Source: Paraphysomonas bandaiensis
Lineage: Eukaryota > Protista > Chrysophyceae
Direction: 5' to 3'
DNA: 37,912 nucleotides
NCBI GenBank assembly: GCA_965644295.1
Contig: CBFFRP010000364.1
Coordinates: forward strand, 1 to 37,912
Shown: piece after piece, positions 10,303 through 25,947 of the stretch
How positions within the stretch are numbered: the stretch's first letter is position 1
Layout of the letters: each line of letters opens with the position of its first letter
Translations under genes and position numbers: made by a program
Notes under the pieces: model-generated
Told to the model about the DNA's origin: nothing
Seen by the model: the letters and a program-made list of their open reading frames with translations, nothing else
The model's database searches: none

Positions 10303-13300
10303 ATGGTAACTCTCTCTATATATACACACATCTCATGGTCTAATTCGATATATGTATGTATGTGTATATACAGCCATTGAGATTAGAGATTAAGGTAATT
10401 TTTATATGAAATAATGGGGATTTTAATGATTGTTTTTTTATTGTAGAAAGAATTAAGTGCGAGATCTGATCGTGTGAAGTCGGTAGATATTCATCCTACA
10501 GAGGTATGTATGTATATATAGGGAGATATGAGGAGAGGAGAGGAGAGGAGTGGATGTATATGTATAGGATACATGTGTTGATGGATATGAGAGGAGTGGA
10601 TGTATATGTATGGGATATATGTGATAGTGGAGATGAGATCAGAGGAGCGTTTATATATATGAGAGGAGTGTATGCATGTGTATGTGGGGAGTACATCATA
10701 ATGTTTGCAATGTTATATCTAATTATCACTAATGGGGTTATATTTGCAGCCATGGGTACTTTCTGCCTTATATAATGGCAACGTGTTCATATGGGACTAT
10801 TCTACCAATGTAAGTGTTGAAGTGCTTGAGGTATACCATAACTTATTCTGTTGCACTCAGACTCTCGTCAAGAGCTTTGAATTATGTGAAGTTCCGGTTC
10901 GTTGTGCTAAATTCATTGTTCGCAAGCAGTGGTTTATGGCTGCAACTGATGATATGCATTTACGTGTTTTCAACTACAACACTATGGAGAAAGTAAAGGA
11001 GTGGGAAGCTCACACTGACTACATTCGCTTTGTTGAAGTTCACCCCAACAGATCTGTTGTACTGAGGTAATTTTTAGCCGCCTTATATTAAACTTGTGTT
11101 TTATTTTTTCTCCAATTCTTAGTTCTTCGGATGACATGTCAATTAAGCTTTGGGACTGGGAAAAGAATTTCGACTGTGTCCAAGTATTTGAAGGGCATGC
11201 GCATTACGTTATGATGGTGAAAATAAATCCCCGTGACACCAACACATTTGCTTCTGCCTCACTAGACCGCACGGTTAAAGTATGGGGGCTTTCAGCTGGA
11301 ACTCCACATTATTCACTTGAAGGTGCTGGGGCGCATGAGCGCGGTGTGAATTGCATTGACTACTATCCTGGCGGTGATAAACCGTATCTGCTCTCCGGAG
11401 CAGATGATCATACTGTGAAGATATGGGACTACCAAACTAGGGCTTGCTTGCAAACACTGGAAGGACACTCACACAATGTGTCTGCTGTGTGCTTTCATCC
11501 TCGCCTGCCGCTTATCGTTAGTGCCAGTGAGGATGGAACAGTTAGGTTGTGGCACAGCACAACCTATCGTCCTGAAAGTACTCTAAACTATGGAATGGAG
11601 CGTGCATGGACATTGGCACCAACTCATGATGCGAATAAGCTAGCAATCGGATATGATGAAGGCACTATCGTTCTGAAATTAGGAAATGAAAAGCCTGTTG
11701 CATCGCTTGATACCAATTCGGGTAAATTAGTGTGGGCGAAGGGTCATGATATTCAAACGATGTCAATCAAGGGGCTTGGAAAGGCTGATGTTGTCGATGG
11801 TGAAAAGTTGACTCTGAGTGCGCGAGACTTAGGCGCGTGCGAAGTGTACCCTCAAATGTTGCAGCACAATAGGAATGGTCAATTCATAGTTGTGCTCGGC
11901 GATGGTGAATACATTATATATACCAGTCAAGCTCTTCGAAATAAGGGGTTTGGAACTGCGTTGGACTTCGTATGGAGCTCACTCGGCACGGGAGATTATG
12001 CAGTGAGAGAGAGTATATCTCGCGTAAAAATATTTAAGAATTTCAAAGAACATAAACAAATCTCAATTGCTATTTCTTCCGCAGAAGGAATATACGGTGG
12101 AACTTGTTTAGCTGTTCGAGGCCCCGATTGCATTTTATTCTACGATTGGGAAGAGGGCGAATTCTTGAGAAAAATTGACGTTGTTCCACGAAATGTGTAT
12201 TGGAATGATGCCGGTGACATGGTTGTTCTCGCATGCGAAGATAGCTACTATGTGTTGAAGTATGACGCTGAAATTGTTGCTACTGCACTGGCGAGTGGCA
12301 AATCTGGTTGTGACGAAGGCGGAGTTGAAGGGTCCTTTGAACTGGAGCATTCCGCTAACGACAAGGTGCGGACAGGACAATGGGTAGGGGACTGCTTTCT
12401 TTTCACGAACACTGCTGGCCGTTTGAACTACTTCGTTGGCGGACAAGTTATGACATTATTCCATATGGATCATCCGATGTACTTATTGGGATTTGTGCCT
12501 AAAGAAGATCGCGTGTTTTTAATAGATAAGGCTTACAACGTGGTATCACATAAGGCACTTCTAAGTGTTCTTAACTATCAAACTGCCGTTGTGAGGCAAG
12601 ATTTTGAAACTGCTAACGCCATTCTTCCTTCGATTCCACGCTCAGAATATGCAGCTGTTGCTCGGTTCCTTGAGTCCCAAGGGTTCAAAGAAGAGGCACT
12701 TGCTGTTACTCCTGACTTAGAACACCGCTTTGAGCTTGCAATAGATCTTCGCAAACTCTCTGTCGCTCATAAAGTATTACTAGAGTCTGATTCGAAAGGT
12801 GGAGACGTGGATCATGAAAGTACCGATTTCCAGAGTAAATGGCGCCGCCTTGGTGACCTTGCCCTTTCTCGTGGTGATGTTGATTTAGCCCAAAGTTGTG
12901 CTGAACGGTCAGGGGATCTCTCAGGACAGCTACTACTGTACGCCTCCACTGGCAATAAGCAAGGAGTGGCCGAGCTAGCTACTCGTGCAAGGGATACAGG
13001 CCGGTCGAATGTTGCATTTTTAGCTTATTTTGTCACCGGCCAGGTCGAAGAATGTATACAGCTTCTTGTTGACACGAATAGAATTCCTGAAGCTGCCTTT
13101 ATGGCCCGAACCTTCATGCCATCTATGATGTCAAGGTTAAATTACTACGTTATTGATTTTCTTGTGCTTATTCTTTTGTACAGCATCTTGGAATTGTGGA
13201 AAAAAGATTTGAAATCGATAAATGAAAAGGCTGCAGATGCTTTAGCAGATCCGGAAAAGTATCCTAACCTGTTTCCTGATTTGCAATGGGCTCTGAAGGT

Positions 13301-13912
13301 AGCGTTCGAGGATGTTAAGCAACGTGTATTAAGTATACGATATAGGTGGAGTCTATTTTTAAATCAGCACGACACAATTTTGTACCAGCCCGTTCGTTCC
13401 CAACAGCGAAAGAAGATTTGAATTTAAATTTAATTGACATCGTCAAAAATCAAGCGATGTCACAAATGAGCGCTCCGCTTGATAATGGAGCCCAAGATAA
13501 CAACACGACGGATGTAGGAGATGCCAGTGAAGATCCGCCTGACTCGGATGAAGTGAAAGGTGAAGATTTAAGTGAAGAAGATGCTCTTGAAGATATCATT
13601 GGCGGTGATGAAGATATTCTGGAGACGGAAGACAGTCAAATTGTAAAGGAGGTAGATGCGATCTCTTTGAAGGACGATGATTTAGATGAGGGGGATGTTG
13701 AACATCACGGTAGCATTTCCAATGATTCTGCGGATCTCGACTTTACGAGCACTACAGAGAATGGCTTGCAATCTCCAGTCAAGGCCGATGCTTCTATTCA
13801 AAGTGAGAATGAGGCAGATTCAGCTGCTGAAGATGGCGAAGACGAATTACAATTGTCTAATGAGGATGCTGCCTGCAGTGATGATGAGTTGGGTGACGAT
13901 GAGGATTGGTAG
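10303..13912 (+). CDS. COPB2: Coatomer subunit beta' (WD40 repeats, Coatomer_WDAD, acidic tail)
   Basis: Spliced N-terminus M|PLRLEIK|KELSARSDRVKSVDIHPTE|PWVL, plus AHTDYIR, SSSDDMSIKLWDW, LNYGMERAW and ALADPEKYPNLF. Introns at 10306-10373, 10395-10446, 10504-10749, 10810-10860, 11067-11122 and two near 13.15 and 13.32 kb. Confidence 0.97.
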
Positions 13913-15101
13913 TCGTTAGAGTATCGAAATAGCATGTAAGTGCAATTGCTGTGGATTGCGGTCAATGGAAGGAGTGTAATAAGCGATATTGATCAACAAT
14001 TGTTCTTATCAACCAACATTATGCTATGGAGTACCAATAAAAAACATGTAAACATGAGATAATGAATACTTTTAGTGTCGCTCTGCAATACTTATTATCC
14101 AATGGAAATCGACATAACTTATCTCCTCGTTTATTGTCTGAGTTGACTTATATAGTGCAACTGCTATTCCCAAAGCATACACAGTATACACATTCAATAT
14201 GAATTCTCATTTGTTTCCTTAATGTTAATCAGAAAACACCTATTTCTTCTTATAGCAAGCAAGCTTCAAATAGCTATACAATCTAATATTAAGTTTTCAT
14301 ACATGTTCTCTTCCGATAACAGCTTGCATCGTGACCATATTCCGTTTCACTGCTATACACTTATCGACTTATCGTCATTCATTCTTTTAGTACGATTAAT
14401 AAGAGTAGAACAGTATACTACTGTAATTTAAATATTTAAATACCTTATGACTACAGATTTCAATTGCTTTCATATAGCATAATAACTCAAAAGTAGCTAA
14501 CATCACCTTAGTTCTCAGCTACATATTTCGTGAAATATTTTATCCTATCATAACAAGTATCTAAGATGTAAGCTTTTGCCCCTTTCCTATAAGCTACAAG
14601 TAAGTGCGCTGTACACCTCAAGTCCCGTGGTGTGATGTACACTCTGAAATTTATGTGAGTTGCCAGAAATGACATCATACAGCATACTTATAGTTACAAC
14701 ACGGGAGAGGAGTGTTTCCTTGTTCCCTCTTCCTAATAACTATTGGGACGACTGAAATTATTCAAGGGTAAAGGGCACTACAACCGTCACAATAATTGCT
14801 ACATCTCTTCAATTATATGTAAGTGGGTAGGAAGTAGGAAGCCATGCCCTGAAACATTAAGTGTCTTACAAGCTACAATTCTAGTGCTAGATATATATTT
14901 TATATATGTAACCAACAAATTTAATTACGTTTGAGCTTCCTGTTCTAATGGTAGCAAAAAAATTCATTTAAAAAATTGATGGAGGCTATTAAAGCTCTTC
15001 TTAGAAAAGACGAGGAAAACGCTTCACTTCTCTAAATATTATATAGCCTGCATGCGTGTTATCAAGCACCAACAATGTTCGTCAAGCACGTATTTACTTA
15101 A

Positions 15102-18738
<3,637 letters not shown>

Positions 18739-18783
18739 ATGTATTGATGAGAATGTATGGTATGTGTGTTGACTGCTATGTCA

Positions 18784-18965
18784 CTATGAGTTTACACGTA
18801 TAGATATGTGCCTATGGATGTACACGTATATGTATGAGACTATGGATATACACGTATATGTATGAGACTATGGATATACACGTATAGGTATGAGACTATG
18901 GATATACACGTATAGGTATGAGACTATGGATATACACGTATAGGTATGAGACTATGTACGTATAG
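18784..18965. repeat. 28-bp tandem minisatellite, 6 copies plus a partial copy
   Basis: Unit CTATGGATATACACGTATAGGTATGAGA at 18784, 18812, 18840, 18868, 18896 and 18924, partial at 18952. There are no spacers. Confidence 0.95.
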
Positions 18966-19697
18966 TGAAGGATCTTCTGAAGTATATAGAATGAAGTTTG
19001 AAGTGTTCTTCACTGTGATATGTGCCTTATAGTATACACCTTATGAAGTGTAGAGATAGAAGTGTACCAATCAAATGGACCCTCTTTAGCTATATGAAGA
19101 AGATCAAGATATGCATGTACTCCACATCCACTGAGTAGAAGAATACAGCACACAAACTCTGTACATGAAGGAATTCTGGATATTTTCCCTATTTTTTGTC
19201 CAACACTGTAGTTTCAATTATATTATAGTATTAAAACTTTACAAAAACAAGGATTTTCAATTTCTAGGTCGAAATACTGCTGTTTTATTGTTCCCCAAGT
19301 ACAGTAGTAGTTCGTCACACACCACAAAGTAAGATTTCGACCAAACAAAATGATTGGTTTAATAAGAACTGAAAACCTTTTAAAGATATCCTTCATCAGT
19401 TACACCAGACAACTGATTTTATACATACCGCCGTACATACATACACATACATACATGTATACATACATACTGTGTATATATACACATCGTAACCTATGAA
19501 TATACACGTACACTCTCTCGGATATCTATCGAACATCATCCCTCTAAATTTGATGGCATCTCATATCAGTTTCTTTAATTCATTCGATCTCCTTATCACT
19601 CAACTTATCAATATCATACATATCTATGAATAGATACTAGTATCAGTGTATCAGTATAGTAATCAAGCTGCGTATATAACTATATATATACATACAT

Positions 19698-22546
19698 ATG
19701 AATATGGAGAATGGGACGATTGAAATCACTCCAAATAAACAAAAGAATGATGAAGAAAGTCCACGTATATCAGAAAATGATCAAGTGAAACCACAATTAA
19801 ATCCAAGTGAAAGTGAAGTTGCTCCAACACAGTTACATGCACGTGAAATTGTTGAATTAGTAGCAGAGAGTTTACCAGTGACTATAATTATGTCGCTATT
19901 CACTATATGGGCATTATTTAGTGATGATATCAGACTTGCTGCCACAGATATCGATGCGGATGATGGATTTGAAGCAGTCATATCTATTGCATTCTTCTTA
20001 TTTCTTCTTGAGATTTTTGCAGCCAGTTATTACAAAGAGGGCTACCTGCATTTACCAAGTTTAACTCCCGAGGCGAATGAGTCCTATAAGGACATGTTCA
20101 ACAGACTGTGTAATATTGGTAGCTTCTACTTCTGGTTGGACTGTATTGCTACAGCATCACTGATATTTGAGGTATGATAGTCATTACTTCCATATATGTT
20201 ATTTAATATATTCCGCAGATTAATTGGATTATTGGCGATGCCGTAGAAACGGACGACCAATCCAGTCTAAAATCTGCAAGAGCTGGTCGAGCATCTAGAG
20301 CTGGTGCTCGTGCTGGTCGTATTGTAAGACTTGTACGAATGGTAAAGCTCTATAAATACTTCAAAACGCAAGCGAAGAATGAAGAGGGCACACAAATTCA
20401 CTCGACTTCGTTTGAGAGTGGTGGTGGAGTAGTTGCTCAGTCGAGACGCGAGACTATCAACAAGAAGGAAGAATCCACGGACGTTGATCTCTCCGCTTTA
20501 GCGGCTGAGAGTCATGTGGGTGCTGCAATGTCAGATTTAACTACAAGACGGTATTTCATGCAATGATCTCAATGCTTGAATGACATATGTGATGTAGTGT
20601 TATCGTTCTGGTACTCGTTATGTTGATTGCCATTCCGCTGATGTCATACTCAACCTCGGACTTTGCGCCTAGCTTTGGAACGCAAATGGTCCATCGCATG
20701 GCTAAAGAAAACATCTCTAATCCAGGAGAATACAATGTGAGCATCATGCACCTGTTTCATTTACAGTGCTTATGTACATACACAGGATGGATTCTTGATT
20801 GCCTTGTCAAATGTGGAAAGAAATTTGGATGTGGTTAAGCTGTCTATTAACAAGGATGTGTATATTCATCGGAAAGGGAGGCTTGATAATTTGAGAAGTG
20901 TGGAACAGATCACATATGAATTCACTGGAAGAGCTACAACCCCCTCTGGCGATGTGATGAAAGTGAAAACCGTCGGAATTTTTGATAAGAAGGATTCAAT
21001 TCAGTCCACTGCAGAGTTCGGTATTTATATGACAATATTTATTTTGTTTCTACTTGTGGTAAGTGTATATTGTTCTAGATATATTTATATAAGCTATGAA
21101 CAGGTTGGCACTTACTTCTTTTCCACCGACGTTAATCGGCTGGTTATTATTCCTATTGAGAAGATGGTATCTCTTGTGCAACAGATATCGAAAAATCCTC
21201 TGGGTGTTGAGTATAAAATGCTTGGTGAGGATGATGGTTTCTTGGAAGGAATGGAAACAACACTTCTTTTACAAACTATTACTAAGATTGGTGGTCTTAT
21301 GCGTGTCGGTTTCGGGGAGGCTGGAGCGAGTGTCATTGCCAAGAATCTTGGAGAGTCAGAAGATCATAAGTTGAATTTGATGGGCTCAGGAAATTTGATT
21401 CACTCGATATTCGGTTTTTGTGATGTCAGGAACTTCACTGATACGACTGAATGTCTACAAGAAGAAGTCATGCTTTTCGTGAATAGAATTGCCCACATTT
21501 TGCACGGCATTGTTGTGCAATGCTCCGGTTCTGCGAATAAAAATATTGGTGACGCGTTTTTACTGACATGGAAAATTGATGAGTCCTTTAGTCCATCTGA
21601 AGTATCGTTTCTTGCTGATCAAGCGTTGTTAGCTTTCTGCAAGGCTCTTATAGAGTTATGTAGGTACCAGGATTTCATATGCAACTTTTCTATCGCAGCC
21701 ACGAATAGACTGTACAAGCGATTCCCAGGTTACAAAGTGAGGATTGGAAGCGGACTTCATGTTGGTTGGGCTATTGAAGGGGCCATCGGCAGTAACATGA
21801 AAATTGATGCGTCATACTTGTCGCCTCATGTTAATATGTCCGAGTACTTGGAATCCTCGACCAAAGCATATGGTGTCCCTTTATTGATGTCTGAGGCATT
21901 TTTCCGCTTACTGTCTCCTCACGCCAATAAATACTGTCGTCAGGTTGATCGCATTAAACGTAGTGATGCAGAGGAGCCGTTTGGTCTTTTTACGTATGAT
22001 GCGGATCTTAACTACGAGTTTGTTGAAGACCAAAAACTCAAAGAAGGTCCATCTAATAGGGTTCTTCACGATGCTCGCAGGAAATCCGTCGCGATATCTG
22101 GGTCGCTAACAGTGGCCCCAGCGTTGCTTGGAAGCCATCCTTCCCAAACAAGTTCATCGGATATCAAAAGTAAAACGAAATTGCAGAAAGGCAAAAGTGT
22201 TCGGGATCTTGAAGCTCAAGAGAAGACGAATGAAACATCTGAGAAAGAAAGCGAACAAGACAACAAGCCGAACGTTATTGTTCCGCCCTATAAAGAGAGC
22301 GTGTGGGAAACTGATATGGACTTAATGAGGTTAAGACATCTTGTGAATGATGCATTCAGGACATTGTGGAAAGAAGGAATGGCTGCGTATATTAAGGGTG
22401 ACTGGCAAAAGGCTCGAGATATTTTTCATGAGACAATGAGAAGCTCTAATGCTCAGGATGGCCCTTCAAAGTTTTTAATCAAGGTTATTGACGAGCATGG
22501 GGGTACTGCTCCGCACGATTGGCAAGGTTACCGTCAGGATTCTTAG
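19698..22546 (+). CDS. Ion-channel/voltage-sensor class III adenylyl cyclase (Paramecium AC / Plasmodium AC-alpha type)
   Basis: TM segments, an S4 in exon 20219-20550 (RAGRASRAGARAGRIVRLVRMVK), VGFGEAG, cyclase motifs FGFCDVRNFT, ANKNIGDAFL, GLHVGWAIEGAIGS and KIDASYLSPHVN, and a C-terminal TPR-like YIKGDW...DGPS...DWQGYR. Confidence 0.92.
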
Positions 22547-22806
22547 TGTGCTTTGTTGAGGTTTTACACCAAGACTGGCGACGAGCACATGTTTTGAATA
22601 AATTATGGTGAGGTTATTTGTAGTCACTGCTTATGTAGATTAGGAAGGCACCCGACGCCTCATAGCTTTGCGCACAGATAGTGATGAGAACGTGTGGTAA
22701 ATGTTTAATACATATCAATAAATATTAAATAATCAACATTTTATTTATGCTCACACTGAACGGGCTGATTATTGTCTTAAGTAAAAGTTGTTTCTCAAAT
22801 TTAAAA

Positions 22807-22954
22807 TAGGGATTACCAGGGGGCGATATAGTTATATTTAACCACGGGCAATATGGAGGCTCTATCGTCCTGCGCTCAAAATTTTAAAACGAGGGCGAAA
22901 TGCTCGAGTTTTAAAATTTAGACAAGGGATGATACTTCATATTTATTATCCCTA
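22807..22954. mobile_element. Palindromic MITE-like hairpin element
   Basis: Ends TAGGGAT...ATCCCTA. Inner arms AAATTTTAAAACGAG / CTCGAGTTTTAAAATTT flank a GC-rich GGCGAAATG loop. Confidence 0.55.
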
Positions 22955-23589
22955 AGTTAAATTGTAACTTATCCTCATTCCTCATGATGTTGAAAATTGA
23001 AAACTTACTGTAATATTAGATTGAATAGCTATTCTTAGCAGGATTGCGTATCTATGTATCTATTAATTGATTTTCAATTAAACTATTAAATGCTTAACTG
23101 TAAGCAAAACTCAACAGCCGTAACACGTACATAATTGCAACTTTTTCTTTACCTCTTTAACCTCTCTCTCAGATACAAGTTACAGTAAATAATAACTCAA
23201 TACTTAGATATATATGAAACTTGGTGAAATCGCTTTACAAGGTTTTGGTATTACCTCGACTTATAGACAAGAACATTTTTTACTTGTCTATTTATCTAAA
23301 ATGAATTAATATACACTTCAAATATCTTCACATATACTTCCAGTGCTGTAGTATGTAGTATGTTGTGTACCATAGGTATCTCTAAGGCAAGTAGTATGAA
23401 AAGTAATGTCGACCAAATCTAGCGAAAACGTGATTAACTAATAGAAAAACGACTATTATATTATGTATTCACTACTAGCTAATTCGAATATTGAATAACT
23501 GACTGCTTCGACGTTTGAGTAAAAGATATCAAAATGTGGTATAACAAAATATCGTATTGTATTAATATATGCCGAAATATTAATTGTCC

Positions 23590-24085
23590 AGTTCGACCTC
23601 CACGATGTTCGCATATTGTTTGACGAACTCATCATGAGGCACCCGTTTGTAGAGCGTCATCTGGGCAACAATCCTGCTGTTATTCATAACGCTGCTTTCG
23701 AAAAGGCATTCGTGGAGATTACATGTGGCAGTGAAGCCGCGCTAACTTGGACGGAAAAGGATCAAATTATAATATTTTTGCTCGTTGAGGATGAAGAAGA
23801 TGATGACAGTGGGATTCTAGTTCAGAATGACAACGCGGGCGAAACGTTTGATTGAAGGTATCGGACTCGGAAGCGAGCACGTCTTAACCAGCAAACTCGT
23901 TACCGCAGCATAAATCACTTGCATGTCACAACCAATAAGGTTGAAAGGTTTTTCAGGAGAGCTAAGATTGTTAGGACGGACATGCGCAAGATTATGACTC
24001 CTCGGCATTTAGAGCTACTTATATGGTTTCACGCATGAACCGTCGCCTCTGGAATTAAATGACAGTTGAGGTAGCTATATTGACA
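23590..24085 (+). pseudogene. Degenerate hAT-like transposase, C-terminal (dimerisation-domain) fragment
   Basis: FDELIMRHP...HL...IHNAAFE, an in-frame TGA at 23853, then TTNKVERFFRRAKIVRTDMRKIMTPRHLELL, a frameshift, and NRRLW. This fits the hAT TS..ER.FS...R...LE.L...N..LW pattern. Confidence 0.75.
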
Positions 24086-24625
24086 GCTAATGTACTTTCG
24101 TATTAAATAATTACAAGTAATTGCAATAATAGAAATAGGTGTTTCCTGATTAACTTTATGAAAAAAATGAGAAGTCATATTGTTTCAAATCAATCAACTC
24201 AAACACTAAACACCCAAATTTATATATCAAATATAGGAATATTGAGGGAATAGCAACTGCGAGGTATTGAAATTTGTACAGTGTGATGATGAATGTGAAC
24301 ACTGTACAATGGTAGTCGCACGAAAGGCTTCTTGCCTTATTAACCTCTGCTAATATACCTGATTGAATTTTGTCGAAGTCATGGTAGATCGCACGCACTG
24401 ACACCATTATGATCTTCTACAGCTGTCGAAATATGGAATACAACTTATAATGTTTGATCATCAGCTTTGGATAATTGGCTCATTGGCTCATAACTGTGGT
24501 TTCTCTACAAATAAAAGTGTAATATTTAATTGTTTAATTGCAAGCTAATGTGATCAACTATAAGCATATTCAGACAACCATAACCTTTTATTATTTATAA
24601 GGACAAAGGAACAAAAACACTTTAT

Positions 24626-25380
24626 TCACTTATGACGAAGTTTGCTCTCTCTGTTGTACCACTCCCCATAGTCGGCCAGTAGCTCCTCACCTGCGGATAT
24701 CGGCCTTAGGGTTTTCAACCAGACCACACACAAGCCAGATTCGTCCATGCAGAACTCGCAGTTGTACGCCAAGCCTGCAGCGAGGTTGTAATCGTATAAG
24801 GTGTTCACAAACCGACCATGATTGCAAGGCGCTCTGAGATATTTCAAATTTCATCGTCAGGAATGGCCCACAGGTAGCCCACGTCATACACCTCATACTC
24901 GGCATCAATGTAGACACTATCCTGAACGCGGAGAACATAAGCACCCCAGGTAGGGCAGCTGTCATACACCTTCCCACTGTAAATGCAGACTCGAAATCTT
25001 GAGCCTAAATCCACCCGAGCAAACAATCCCTTTTGCTTAGGACTCGAGCCATCCAGATTGGCAACGTTGAGACCCTTCCTGACTTCAACATATGGATTAT
25101 CTGGACCGCACCTGGCATAAAAATCCAAAACGGTTAGACTGACTTTATGGGCTTCATCAGATGCTGTACTATGGAGGTAAGGTACTACTTTGCAGTGCTT
25201 ATCATCAGAGTCTGTGTCTCCTTAAGGGCAGCGCACTGCAAAGTCTCTAGCACGTCGTTTAGCTGCCTCCTCACGAAAGGACTTGCGTCTAGAGTCATTA
25301 TAACGCTTCTTCGAAGGTCGATCATAAGAGGTTTTCTTTCTCTTGGTTGATTTTGACTCTTCTATTGCAACTATACGAGA
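24626..25380 (-). pseudogene. Intronless SET-domain lysine methyltransferase, disrupted
   Basis: KGLFA, YSG, YIDAE, GRFVN, NC and GEELLADYGEWY are split across two frames (1-nt shift near 24847). An in-frame TAA at 25224-25222 interrupts a basic N-terminal extension. Confidence 0.8.
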
Positions 25381-25947
25381 GAGATGCTTTGACTGTTGAA
25401 TTTATACAGTCGCTAGAGTATAGTATACGTTAGCTACTTGTAAAATAGGCTGGAAAATATGCTTTTTATTCTCTAGTTTTATAGAAAAGTCTGATTTTTA
25501 TGTGTGAAAAGTTATCGCCGAAAAACGTGATGTATGTACTGTGCTTTTGTATAGTGACCAGATTTTGGTCACTCTGAAGTAAAGTGATAAAACCCCTATT
25601 TTCCGTCTTTTTTCAATTTTTCAATCGAAAAAACGACAATTTCAAGTTCGAAATCTACGATTTTTTTTAATATACCATTCCAAGGATCGTACTGCAATGT
25701 AACATATGAGGATACATGTACAGTATATAGAGTTTCTATGTATTGTATCCAGTTGGTTTTTAGCGCTATATATTTTTATAGGAATTTTCTGTAAGGGCTT
25801 GTATGTATGTAAAGTATGTAGATGTATGTATGGACAGTGTGTGTCTATTAACACCCTCACTCATATATACATCCATCCATCCACACACACCCTCCTCTAC
25901 ATCATTCCATTTATATTCATATATTCCCCTTTATTAAAATATCTTCA

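Noticed and set aside
10029-10775. Short Cys/Met/Tyr-rich ORFs
   Set aside because: They derive from low-complexity promoter and intron sequence of COPB2.
14567-14870. Solo LTR (TGTAAG...CTTACA, 304 bp)
   Set aside because: The termini are inverted but the flanks (TAAGA / AGCTA) give no TSD and no second copy is visible. Not supportable without a genome search.
18784-18965. CRISPR array
   Set aside because: The repeats are contiguous with no unique spacers, there are no cas genes, and the context is eukaryotic.
23341-24400. CAGTGC...GCACTG as hAT TIRs
   Set aside because: Only a 6-bp match and no 8-bp TSD.
24156-24407. 83-aa minus-strand ORF between the hAT fragment and SET
   Set aside because: No recognisable motif and an AT-rich tail. 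It cannot be supported as a gene.
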